This document shows positions 35,625 to 47,800 of a DNA stretch of 64,000 nt, piece after piece. Origin of the DNA: Chiloscyllium plagiosum (Eukaryota); assembly GCF_004010195.1 (NCBI RefSeq), contig NC_057720.1:33677503-33741502 (forward strand), read 5' to 3'. Made by a program: the position numbers and the translations under genes. Under the pieces are notes generated by a model. The model saw nothing but the letters and a program-made list of their open reading frames with translations, did not search any database and was not told where the DNA came from. Position 1 is the first letter of the stretch, and the number at the start of each line of letters is the position of its first letter.

Positions 35625-38192
35625 TCTCAGGGATGGTCAGGACTGGCAGCTTTATGTTCCAGGATACAAACGCTACAGGAGGATAGAAAGGGAGGCAAGA
35701 GAGGAGGGGGAGTGGCATTTTTGATAAGGGATAGCATTACAGCTGTACTGAGGGAGGATATTCCTGGAAATACATCCAAGGAAGTTATTTGGGTGGAACT
35801 GAGAAATAAGAAAGGGATGATCATCTTATTGGGATTGTGTTATAGACCCCCAAATAGTCAGAGGGAAATTGAGAAACAAACTTGTAAGGAGATCTCAGCT
35901 ATCTGTAAGAATAATAGGGTAGTTATGGTAGGGGATTTTAACTTTCCAAACATCGAGTGGGACTGCCATAGTGTTAAAGGTTTAGATGGAGAGGAATTTC
36001 TTAAATGTGTACAAGACCATTTTCTGATTCAGAATGTGGATGTACCTCCTAGAGAAGGTGCAAGCCTTGACCTATTCTTGGGAAATAAGGCAGGACAGGT
36101 GACTGAGGTGTCAGTGGGGGAGCACTTTGGGGCCAGCGACCATAATTCTATTCGTTTTAAAATAGNNNNNNNNNNNNNNNNNNNNNNNNNNNNNNNNNNN
36201 NNNNNNNNNNNNNNNNNNNNNNNNNNNNNNNNNNNNNNNNNNNNNNNNNNNNNNNNNNNNNNNNNNNNNNNNNNNNNNNNNNNNNNNNNNNNNNNNNNNN
36301 NNNNNNNNNNNNNNNNNNNNNNNNNNNNNNNNNNNNNNNNNNNNNNNNNNNNNNNNNNNNNNNNNNNNNNNNNNNNNNNNNNNNNNNNNNNNNNNNNNNN
36401 NNNNNNNNNNNNNNNNNNNNNNNNNNNNNNNNNNNNNNNNNNNNNNNNNNNNNNNNNNNNNNNNNNNNNNNNNNNNNNNNNNNNNNNNNNNNNNNNNNNN
36501 NNNNNNNNNNNNNNNNNNNNNNNNNNNNNNNNNNNNNNNNNNNNNNNNNNNNNNNNNNNNNNNNNNNNNNNNNNNNNNNNNNNNNNNNNNNNNNNNNNNN
36601 NNNNNNNNNNNNNNNNNNNNNNNNNNNNNNNNNNNNNNNNNNNNNNNNNNNNNNNNNNNNNNNNNNNNNNNNNNNNNNNNNNNNNNNNNNNNNNNNNNNN
36701 NNNNNNNNNNNNNNNNNNNNNNNNNNNNNNNNNNNNNNNNNNNNNNNNNNNNNNNNNNNNNNNNNNNNNNNNNNNNNNNNNNNNNNNNNNNNNNNNNNNN
36801 NNNNNNNNNNNNNNNNNNNNNACGTCGGTGGTGGGCAAGTTGTTGGAGGGAATCCTGAGGGACAGGATGTACATGTATTTGGAAAGGCAAGGACTGATTC
36901 TGGATCATCAACATGGCTTTGTGCGTGGGAAACCATGTCTCACAAACTTGATTGAGTTTTTTGAAGAAGTAACAAAGAAGATTGATGAGGGCAGAGCAGT
37001 AGATGTGATCTATATGGACTTCAGTAAGGTGTTCGACAAGGTTCCCCATGGGAGATTGATTAGCAAGGTTAGATCTCATGGAAAATAGGGAGAACTAGCC
37101 ATTTGGATACAGAACTGGTTCAAAGGAAGAACACAGAGGGTGGTGGTGGTGATGGAGGGTTGTTTTTCAGACTGGAGGCGTGTGACCAGTGGAGTGCCAC
37201 AAGGATTGGTACTGGGCCCTCTACTTTTTGTCATTTACATAAATGATTTGGATGCGAGCATAAGAGGTACGGTTAGTAAGTTTGCAGATGACACCAAAAT
37301 TGGAGGTGTAGCGAAGAGGGTTACCTCAGACTACAACAGGATCTGGACCAGATGGGTTAATGGGCTGAGAAGTGACAGATAGAGTTTAATTCAGATATAT
37401 GAGGTGCTGCATTTTGGGAAAGCAAATCTTAGCAGGACTTATACACTTAATGGTAAGGTCCTAGGGAGTGTTGCTGAACAAAGAGACCTTGGAGTGCAGT
37501 TTCATAGCTCCTTGAAAGTGGAGTCGCAGGTAGATAGGATAGTGAAGAAGGTGTTTGGTATGCTTTCCTTTATTGGTCAGAGTATTGAATACAGGAGTTG
37601 GCGAGGTCATGTTGCGGCTGTACAGGATATTGGGTAGACCACTGTTGGAATATTGCGTGCTTTTCTGGTCTCGTTCCTATTGGAAAGATGTTGTGAAACT
37701 TGAAAGAGTTCAGAAAAGATTTACAAGGATGTTGCCAAGGATTTGAGCTACAGGGAGAGGCTGAACAGGCTGGGGCTGTTTTCCCTGGAGCATCAGAGAC
37801 TGTGGGGTGACCTTAGAGAGGTTTCTAAAATTATGAGGGGCATGGATAGGATAAATAGACAAAGTAATTTCCCTGGGTGGGGGAGTCCAGAACTAGAGGG
37901 CATAGGTTTCGGGTGAGAGGGGAAAGATATAAAAGAGAACTAAGGGACAACGTTTTCATGCAGAGGTTGCTACATGTATGAATTGAGCTGCCAGAGGATG
38001 TGGTGGAGGCTGGTACAATTGCAACATTTAAGAGGCATTTGGATGTGTATATGATTAGGAAGGGTTTGGAGGGATATGGGCCGGGTGCTGGCAGGTGGGA
38101 GTAGATTGGGTTGGGATATCTGGTCGGCATGGACAGGTTGGACTGAAGGGTCTTTTTCCATGCTGTACATCTCTATGACTCTATGACTCTAT
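35625..38192 (+). mobile_element. Young CR1 LINE (family A), ORF2, spans N gap 36166-36821
   Basis: APE (GGGVAFLI, GDFNFP, SDHN) and RT (QHGFVRG, FADDTK) motifs; family A tail. Confidence 0.96.
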
Positions 38193-38434
38193 AACTGCTG
38201 CTTTGATAGTAGCAAGTTTCTGCCTTAAGATAGAGATCATGCCAACTAAGTAATGATGATACTGCTGGTCTTTTTTAAAAAAAAGTGCTTTGATTTGGAG
38301 AAATAAAACAGCAGTATTGATTGTAGGTAAGCTATCTTAATGTGGGAAAACTTTTTCTTTATTTAAGAAGTGGTTTCAAGTATTATTTAAATGTTAGTAT
38401 TTAATAAAGGTTACTGCAGAAATTAAAAATTCAC

Positions 38435-38912
38435 GTGAAATAGCTCCGCAGAGGCCAGTATCTCGTCACCAGGTCACCCCTTACTTAAATGTGGAGAATC
38501 CTTGTATACTAATCCAGCTCCCTCAGAGCCAGGTATCAGAGTGAACAGAGTCTCTGACACAACTGTTTATTTTTTTTTCAAAGGCATTATGTATTTAATC
38601 GAGCACTACTTGCAGTAGCTCATTAATACTAAAGCTAAGTTAACTTACATAGGAATGGCATAACAGAGACACATGACAATCGCCTCAACCCTCACCCCAT
38701 TCCCTGACAAACAAAATAGCCTATGAAGCAATAACATGTTCAATATGCTGAGGCACCTGCTGTAGCTGTTTAATCAAAGACTTGTATAAACAAATTAACG
38801 ACTGTTTATATCTGTTCGCCATTGCTCCCTGATTGGACCAGATTAACAGCCCCAATCAGAGAACTCATATTCTCTGAGGTCCATCTGGCAAACCTTATTA
38901 CAACCTCTACAT
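38435..38912. mobile_element. Short solo-LTR-like repeat interrupted by a retrocopy
   Basis: ctgattgg/ccaatcag CCAAT pair, ends in ...taca; contiguous once 38571-38800 is removed; classification is inference. Confidence 0.4.
38571..38800 (-). other. Polyadenylated retroposed insertion of unknown source
   Basis: 9-bp TSD actgtttat (38562-38570, 38801-38809); poly(T) at left end; ATTAAA on minus strand about 15 nt upstream of the tail. Confidence 0.7.
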
Positions 38913-38914
38913 CA

Positions 38915-40300
38915 CGGTGTAGTGGGTAATTTATTATCATATACAGATTGGCTGTTGGCACAAAACTGAGTCTACGTAAATAGGTCTTTGACTGACAGAA
39001 TGTCATAAATGGGTTCCTGCAGGAGTCTCCACTAGAGCTTCAATGTTTTACAGCAATGACTGAGCATGCCTTCGCTCACCTTATCTGTCTGAATTTGCAG
39101 ACATTACCAAGGAAGTATTGTGAAGAAAATATAAGGTTGCAGGCTGGTAATAACAGGTTGAGTGGATGAGCAGACATTCAGCAAATGGAATATAATGCAG
39201 GAAAATATGAAGCTGTTGACTTGGGCAGGAGAAATGAGAAAGCAGGGTATTACTTAAATGGGGAATGACTGCAGAATTCTGAGGAGTAGACTATTTCGGG
39301 GTTTTAGTCTCTAGGTCACAAAATGTTTCTGTACAATTACAGTATGTCATAAAAAAGGCTAATGGGATTTAGATTAGACTCCCCACAGTGTGGAAACAGG
39401 CCCCCCAGCCCAACAAGTCCACACCGACCCTCTGAAGAGCAACCCACCCCCCCTCTGACCAATGCACCCAACAACTATGGCCAATTTAGCATGGCCAATT
39501 CACCTAACCTGCACATCTTTGGAATGTGGGAGGAGCTGGCGTACCTGGAAGAAACCCACGCAGACACAGGGAAAATGTGCAAACTCCACACAGACAGTCG
39601 CCCACGGCTGGAATCGAACCTGCGACCCTCCCACTGTGAGGCAGCAGTGCTAACCACTGAGCCACTGTGCTGCTCTATGTATGTCATAAAGAAGGCTAAT
39701 GGGCTTTATGTCATACAGTATGTCATAAATAAGACTAATATGTTTCATTGCGATAATATTTAAATATGGATGCTATGCTTCAGTTTTACAGGGTATTAGT
39801 GAGATTACATCTCGAATACATTGTACAGTTCTGGTCTCCTTATTTAAGGAAAGATGTAAATGCATTGAAGGGAATTTGCTAAGTTGATACCTGGGATAAG
39901 TTGGCTGTCCTATGATGGTAATTTGGGCAGGCAAGCCTTGTTTCCATTGGAGTTTAGAAGAGGGGAGATGATTTAATTGAAGTCCATAATATCTTGAATG
40001 ATCTTGACAAGTTGGATATAGAAAGGATGTTTCCTGTTGTGGGTGAGTCCAGAAATAGTGGCACTGTCTTAAAATAATTGGTTGCCTTTCCAGGACAGAG
40101 TGAGAAGTTTTCTCTGCAACTTTGGAACTCTGGGCTTCAGAAGGTAGTGGAGGTGGGGTTGATTTTTCAGGTAGAGATAGATTTTTGTTAGACAGGAGAA
40201 AATGGGAATATGGCATTTGGAACACAAAGCACGGATGATGACATGGCCTGATTAAATGGTAGAAAAGGCAGAAGGGACAGAATAGTTTCCAATATTTCAT
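38915..40300 (+). mobile_element. Old CR1 LINE RT/3' fragment split by an HE1 SINE
   Basis: Decayed GVPQES, FAD, LEYIVQFWSPYLRKD motifs. Confidence 0.75.
39367..39674 (-). mobile_element. HE1-type V-SINE
   Basis: Reverse complement has tRNA-like head, V-domain and tail; 25-bp flanking duplication. Confidence 0.9.
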
Positions 40301-40444
40301 GTTTGTATGATCGTATTTTCTTAACAGAATGCCTTGGAGCTGTGCTTATATGTCCATTTTAAAGCTCTCTGCTAAAAGTAGGATTAACAATCTCTCAAGC
40401 TTTTTTTTAAAAGAAAAGCTGAGGTAGAATATTCAAGGCTTCAG

Positions 40445-41353
40445 TTTTTATGGACCAGGCCAGACCCCCTCAAAATATTTCAAGATAGTCGCCTAGACCC
40501 TAACTTTTTCTTATCTTAAAGGCAGATGTGAAGTGGATATTCCAGATGTGATGCAGCTGGTCAAACCACTCTGCTTTAAGCAAAACAGAATTTATTTAAA
40601 CACACGGTGGCACAGTGGTTAGCACTGCTGCCTCACAGCACCAGAGACCCGGGTTCAGTTCCCGCCTCGGGCGACTGACTGTGTGGAGTTTGCATGTTCT
40701 CCCCGTGTCTGCGTGGGTTTCCTCCGGGTGCTCCGGTTTCCTCCCACAGTCCAAAGATGTGCAGGTCAGGTGAATTGGCCACGCTAAATTGCCCGTAATG
40801 TTAGGTAAGGGGTAAATGTAGGGGTATGGGTGGGTTGTGCTTCGGCGGGTCGGTGTGGACTTGTTGGGCCGAAGGGCCTGTTTCCACACTGTAAGTAATC
40901 TAATCTTAACTACAGTTGAAATGCGAACAAAAGAAAACAGAATTTAGAACAGCTTAACTATTTGAAAACTCAATTGAAGCAATACCGTAATGTAACTAAA
41001 GAGCTGCTCCAATTCACACAAAACACGATAAACACACTCCTTAGCAAAAGGCAAATTCAACCTCAGGTTCATACAGGCAAGAGAAATTTCAGAGAGAGAG
41101 AAGTTAGTCAAGAATCATCTGTTGAAGCATGGAATCTTTTTCTACAGCAGCTTCTGTGCCTACTACCAGCAGCTTATCTGCTACAACTAAACCAAATTAG
41201 AAGAAAACCTGAACTGGGAGAACTGGCCATTCTCCTGCCATTGTTAAACCAGGCTCTTTCTGAGGCATTTCAACACCTCTGTCTGTATGATTTCTCTTAA
41301 AAAGACCCAAGGACAAAATAACCTTGTTAAATTGACAACATTATCTATCATAC
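40445..41353 (-). mobile_element. Solo-LTR-like repeat split by an HE1 SINE
   Basis: Ends ...tcataca; minus-strand AATAAA near 40590; (GA)n tract; no coding signal; inference only. Confidence 0.4.
40602..40907 (+). mobile_element. HE1-type V-SINE (young)
   Basis: Near-identical to 6060-6355. Confidence 0.93.
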
Positions 41354-41374
41354 AGAACAGGGCTGTAGCATTCA

Positions 41375-41958
41375 CAGTTAGTTCTCCTATAACACAGTTT
41401 ATTAAATACGATTTTTTTTAGTGCAATTTGTGAATTCCAATCCTGGCTCTAGCTGAACAGCAAAACCCAGCCTAAGGATCCTCTGCCTGCAAAATGCAAA
41501 TTCAGTGTATTCAGCTAAAATGCAATCAGCTCTGCCAGCCTTGAAACTTAGCTTGAAACTGGGAATTGTAATCTCCATTTGGAAGGAACTTTACTTCAAA
41601 CCGGGGCAGAATCTTGAGGAGGACTGGACTTCCATGTCGGTGTCACGTGGTCAGTTAGCTCACGCGCATTCTGGTGAAGAGCTTTGTGAAAGGTATGGTG
41701 CCATGGTCAGTGATTCTCGTGTTAAAGTGTTAAATTTACTATATTATTTAAATTAGTAAATATATGATTTAAAGATTTACTTAGACTCTGCTATCATTTG
41801 TGTTAGGCTAACTACTATTTTTGTTTTGAGTTTTACTGATATTTGTGGTGGTTCACCAATCCTGTTTTTCCCACAGGCCCCAATATTTATATTGCACCAT
41901 TTTCTATAACATGGTATCGCACAGGAGCACAACTACCACGTTATAGGAGAACTGACTG
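41375..41958. mobile_element. Tigger/pogo-like MITE
   Basis: 19-bp TIRs cagttagttctcctataac / gttataggagaactgactg (1 mismatch); TA TSD not preserved. Confidence 0.75.
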
Positions 41959-44561
41959 GATTTTTGATTGAATTTGTAACTTAAGCCTTTTTATTTTGAG
42001 GGCTCTTTATAAATTTCAGATGTTTTGAAAGAGTGTTCATTCTAATCAAAATGAAATTAGCTCTGTTTTCTTGGTGGTCAATGCTTTGTTCACAGTTACC
42101 TGTACTTGGAGTAAATAATGCTACTGATTGTCCCAATTCTCTTTTAACCATTATCCAGTTAGTCTTCAGTTAGTTTTGCAGATATCCACCATAAAGATAT
42201 TGGAGTCTTTTTTTTAAAGATGGCCATCATTGCTAACCCTAATGTGAATTTGCTAGATTGAAATGCCTGCATCAGTTGAAAGGATCAGGCAGCCCAACTA
42301 AAAACTTTATTTATGAGAAGTCTAGCCATTAAGGCTAACAGTGAAAATACTGTTGGCCTGAGTAAGGCAGAGTGGAGAGCCTATTTGGGAAGAAACAAAG
42401 GAGGGATGATTTTAGAAGGGATGGTCACATGTAGCTGAGAAGGTGGCCTGGTGCACTGAAGAGAAAAGAGGGGTAGATCTATGAGAAAGAAATTGCTGAT
42501 CCGAGAGCCTTGGACATGTCAGTGCTTGGGTGGCAGTAACGTAGCAAAGATTAAATTGCTGCCACTTGGCCAGGAATGTGAGATTAGGTTGAAAAGATCA
42601 AAGTTAACACATTTGTGCTGCATCGTATTGGAGGGTGGGGAGGAGAACAGATAATAAGAAGAGATATCTATTTGCAAGTTATAGATTTTCTTTCAGATTA
42701 TGATGTGTGTGCACAGAAATTGCTTTGGCAAAGTTTGAAAGTGGCTTTGAAGTGACAGGACTGGCCTTGGGTGATAATGCACAAAATACCTGCTGATAGT
42801 GTCATCTTTGTCTAGGAAAGAAGTAGATATAGAAATATATATAGATATAGATCTGGAAGTTAATTAAAGATTTCCTATTTCGGAATGGCACAAACATCTC
42901 TTGTAACTAGCAAGCAAGATGTTGTGCCATCACATAATTTTTCAGCAGCTGTAACTTCTCTGAAAGACCTCTTTGTGCTTAGGTTCCTCCTGCCTGTAGG
43001 ACCTTCCTGATGAGGCCTCCTTCTAAGATAAAAGTTTTAATGCAATAAATACATCAATTCTCAAGACTGTACTCCAGGTCCAGTATTTTCTAGGCCTGCT
43101 TCCACACTGTATGTATTCTGTGATTCTATGAACTCAACTTCTTCAATAGATGAGTGCAACATCGAAAGTGGAATTCTTCCCGAGATGTGACTGATAAAGG
43201 AATTGGTATGACTGTTTGGATATATTTTGTATTTCCTTGAATGCTAGGAATCCTGTCATCATGTAGGGTAATTTGAAAACTCTCTGCTGTGATTACTATA
43301 TTAAATATGCCTCAGCTGTTAGTTAAAGTTGGTTGATGTTCACCTGAATTGGAAAGCACCCATTTTCATCTTCTGGTCCTCTCAGATGCGAACTTTCAAA
43401 AGCTCCACATAAATGATACCACGTACAGTGGAGCAGTGAAGGAGAAAGAAAGAGTTTGGTGTTGTGCTTCGGGTGCTGACTGAGCTGCTTGAAGGATTCA
43501 CTTGAAAATTTTCCAGCCGTGTTTATAATAAATAAAAGGAGCAAGGTCTTTCAAGTTAGCTTTAGGGCAATGTCATACATTCAGAAAACAGCATGACCTT
43601 TCTCTGCCAACTGTGTTGTTGGAATTGACTTTAAAAGCTGCTGCAGAACTCTCAACTTATGAACTGACGGGGCGTCAAGTGTTCCTGGACCAAAAGGCCA
43701 CTGGACTTATTGAATTGATTTTTGTTTTTTTTTTGCACCTTTGTTCCTGATTTTTAGAAAAAAGTCTTGGCAGATTGACAGAGGAATACTACGTTCGACT
43801 CACTTGAAGCTCTTTGAGACAGGAAATTTATCTAAACAAAGTATTAAGCAAGGCCACACCAAGTACATTGCTATTGAGCTGTACATTGTCAAGGGGCCTA
43901 ACTACGTTTTGGACAAGCCCCCATAAATATTGAAGAGAGTAACGTTCAGTTACTTAGGTCTTGTTTGTGATGGGTCATGTGCGTGCTGCACATCAGCTTT
44001 GCAAGCAGCTTTGGAATATGAGAACAATACGTTGCTGGTTAAAACAAATAAACTGTTGGGAGAAATTTATTTTCATCTCGTTTAATTTTGAATGCGTAAC
44101 TTTAAAAGCAAAGCAGCTGCAGCAGATATCACAAATACCATGCAAACGTCCCACAAGTACATATTTCAAATAGCTCTGGAGGAACTATAACCAGATCAGA
44201 AGTATGATTAACACAAGAATGCCTTGTCTGTTTTTCAACTGCAGTAACTATTCTTTGGTGGGAACTGCTCGAAACTGCTCGGAGGCCTAAAGCCTGCTTG
44301 TAATGGTCCAGTAGTCTTATTTTGATTTGGGGAACAAAACAGATTGAGACCCTGGGCTGTGGAGCAGAACAAGAGGAAGAGAGCCAGTAAACTGCAATGT
44401 AAAAGGAGCAATACACATTTATTCCTTTGATTTTGTTCAGTGGTGGACAGTGATGGCATCTATTATATGAAAATTGGTTTTCCAGATCCATTCTGAAAAC
44501 TGGAACTGAAAGTTTTGTTTTACCAGTTCAGAACAATGTTAATGATCGGCATATATGAATG

Positions 44562-44649
44562 CTGAAGAAGGGCTTATGCCCGAAACGTCGATTCTCCTGT
44601 TCCTTGGATGCTGCCTGACCTGCTGCGCTTTTCCAGCAACACATTTTCA
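44562..44649 (+). mobile_element. 88-bp PLE terminal mini-insertion carrying a hammerhead core (44562-44589)
   Basis: 13-bp TSD gcatatatgaatg (44549-44561, 44650-44662); near-identical to 30871-30958. Confidence 0.9.
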
Positions 44650-44974
44650 GCATATATGAATGATCAATATACTTTATATTGGCTGGAGGAGAACCTTAGT
44701 TGAATTCTGTGAGTTAGAATCCACCCATACAATTTGTACAGAGTGGTGCTGTAACGTTCCGTGAGTTTGCTGCTTGGTTGACTATTCTCATGCAGATGGA
44801 AAATGCAATAAATCTCCCATTCCAGTTCCTGTTTGTATGGAAGGACGGGTTCCAGATAGAATATCCGACAAAAACCCCCTCAAATTATGATATTTTTGCA
44901 CAGTTAAACAAATGAAAAAATACTCAATGAGTCAGCAAAGGTATAAGTAATGAGAGCTTTATTCTTAGAAAAAT

Positions 44975-45302
44975 CATAGAATGCCTACAGTGTGAAAAAT
45001 GGCCATTTGGCCCATTGAGTCTGCACTGACCCTGCACAGAGTGTGCCACCCATATCCCCATGTTTTACCATGGCCAACCCACCTAGCCTGCATATCCCTG
45101 GACACTGTGGACAATTTAGCATGGTCAATCTGTCATTAACCTGCACATTCTTGGACAGTGGGAAGAAGCCAGAGCACCTGGAGGAAACCCATGCAGACAC
45201 GGTGAGAATATGCAAACTCCACACAGAAAGTCATCCAAGGTTGGAATTGAACCTGGATCCCTGGTGCTGTAAGATAGAGTTGCTAACCACTGAGCCACCA
45301 TG
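44975..45302 (-). mobile_element. Diverged HE1-like SINE
   Basis: Reverse complement has ggtggctcagtggttagc head, V-domain and CR1-like tail. Confidence 0.85.
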
Positions 45303-45417
45303 GAACACATCTTATTGTTCTGACATCTTAAACATGGGTGCACAAGAGACCCAATCATGATGTTACATTGTTTTCTGTGATGATAATATTAAGCAATTAG
45401 AACTTACTCATTATACA

Positions 45418-45643
45418 TGGATGGAAATGTGTTGCTGGAGAAGCGCAGCAGGTCAGGCAGCATCTAGGGAACAGGAGAATCGACGTTTCGGGCATTAGCC
45501 CTTCTTCAGGAATCAGATTCCTGAAGAAGGGCTAATGCCCGAAACGTCGATTCTCCTGTTCCCTAGATGCTGCCTGACCTGCTGCGCTTCTCCAGCAACA
45601 CATTTCCATCTCTGATCTCCAGCATCTGCAGACCTCATTTTCT
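45418..45643. mobile_element. Palindromic PLE terminal mini-insertion with two inverted hammerhead motifs
   Basis: Perfect inverted repeat 45420-45514 / 45516-45610; 15-bp TSD cttactcattataca (45403-45417, 45644-45658). Confidence 0.93.
45521..45548 (+). ncRNA. Minimal hammerhead core (mirror copy on minus strand at 45482-45509)
   Basis: CUGAAGA-A-GGGC/UAAU/GCCC-GAAA-C-GUC. Confidence 0.75.
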
Positions 45644-46599
45644 CTTACTCATTATACAGGCTTGTCTTAGTTAATAAAATGGCTTATTGCATGAGAGCAA
45701 TAAATAAGTTTTCTTTACTAGTAAGACATAACTAATGAGGACTTTAGCAGAATACATTATCTCCATGCAGGAAAAACCTAAAGACTGTTTGTGACATCAT
45801 CAGATTGAGTGAGACTGATGCAATGTCAACATTAATTCTTTCAGAATCTGTACCTTATTCAACATGTTCTTTCCCCATAGTTAAACAATTACATAGTCTT
45901 GCAAATAACTATATTACATTTACAGCTACCCCATCTTCCCCCTAGTCTCTGACTTCACAAATGCAAGCAGCCTGGACGTTTCACTATTTCCCCAGTTAGC
46001 GCTTTCCTTGGACTTGGAAAAATAATCATTGTCTGCTTCACGCCTGTTGACCTCAGTTCTGAATCCATGGATCATTTCTCTGCTGGGGGTTCTTTTATCT
46101 ATTAGACATTGTTAGAGATATCATTCGTTGTCGACCTAATTGTTGGTCTGTTTCCTTAACTGGGGGATCCTGAATCTCCTGAGTATCCTTCATAGAGAAC
46201 TCTTCTATGCTGTCAGTACTTGCCTCATACTATCACATGAAGGACCTATAAACTTGAGTGTTCATCATGGAAGACACCTGCTCTGTTGAAAGAAGAACTT
46301 TTTTTTGCAGTATCCTTCTGATTGGAACAGCTATTTTCTTCTTCTTTAGTATTGTGGATGCTTAGACCAATCCCCTTTCTTCTTCTTGAATACTTCTTCT
46401 GTCAGTGAACATTTGTCTGGTTCACATGTAGTCATATGCAGTTCATCTCCTTTGATTTGTTCATCAGGCTGAATACTGTTGATCTTCCTCTGCGGTTATT
46501 TGACAAGTGTTACTGAAAAATTTCCTCTCATTCAGCAATATCTCTCTCACTGGGATTGACTACTATTTTAAAAGACAGAATTGGACATTCCCACCTAGC

Positions 46600-47800
46600 C
46601 TGTAAAGTCTGTGACTTCCCCTATATTGACAATATGAAATAGCTCTTACGTTAAAAAGTAAGTTCACAGGATTCATTCTGCTTTGTTCCCCCATGATGCT
46701 AGAAAGCCCAATGATGTTTTCTGCTGGTTGATCAGCCGTTGTTTGTTACTGGAGCAATGTTTCAGCAACTATTTGTATCTTGACCAGTTGATCTCTGAGA
46801 TGTAATTGATCTCCTTCAGCTCTTGTAATGAAGTTTAGGTCGGGACATATGTACAGGCTTGATAATGAATATTTTTGATTGCAAACACGGTATGTGTTTT
46901 CAGTTCTTTTGTATATTACAGAGCAGGGTAACCAGCAACCTAGTTATGCCCTTGACATTTATTTCACTTTCACCATGCGGTCTCCTTTCTGTAGGTAATA
47001 ACTTTTGCTTCCTCAGCCATGATAACTGGTCTCATAGAAAGTAACACTTGCTTCTGTGTCAAGCTTAGAATGAATTCATTGACATAGACAAGTTCTGTAT
47101 CTTTTGGTTCATCTGGATCAGCATGTTCTTACAGGAATGCCCCAGGTATGTTATCAAATGGAAGTAGCTCAACTAATGCAGGAATCTTTTCTAATTATGG
47201 TGGGTGCTCTACTATATAGACTATCAGTATTTCACAATTATGAAACTGTCTTATTTCTGCACATCCTCTTAAAAATGACCTGAGTTTTACAAGTGTGGAA
47301 TTCTTCAGACATTGTGCCTATGAGGCCTTCTCGCATCATCGTACTGGCACTGATTCTGAGCATTTAGTGTCTCATTTGCTTGATGTTAATATGTGTGTCT
47401 TCAGAGTGTTCATAATTTCTAAAGTGAATAGACTCTATTATCCTTTTAATGTACGTTTAGATTTCCCCTGTCAGGATCTGTCTGAGTGTCTTTCTGGTTT
47501 CAGCCTCAAAAGTCATTTGAAATGCTTTCTCCAAAGTTAAACCTTTTTTGAACTAGAATAAATCTGACAAAAGGGTTCATCAAGAATTCCAAAAAACATT
47601 TCATCTCTTACAATTCATAACTTCAAAGCCCCATATTTACAGTTTTGTACTAATCTGTAGCGGTTGTTATGAAATTGTCTATCAATTTCCCAGGATGTTG
47701 AATTCTTCTGCTTAATCTTGCTCATTCAAGAAATGTATTTGTTCTCCGATTGAAGTAATTATCAAAGACTTTTAGAACAACATAAAAGTATCTGTTCTTT
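46600..47800 (-). mobile_element. Ancient Gypsy-type LTR retrotransposon gag-protease relic
   Basis: Minus strand VVLKVFDNYFNRRTNTFLE*ARLSRRIQHPGKLIDNFIT/YRLVQNCKYGALK (gag), HTCK..GHF..MCR (zinc knuckle), KLDTEASVT at 47040-47066 (protease DTG-like). Confidence 0.8.

Noticed and set aside
43386..43483. Acceptor followed by a short open frame (DANFQKLHINDTTYSG...)
   Set aside because: No recognisable homology; such motifs arise by chance in intronic DNA
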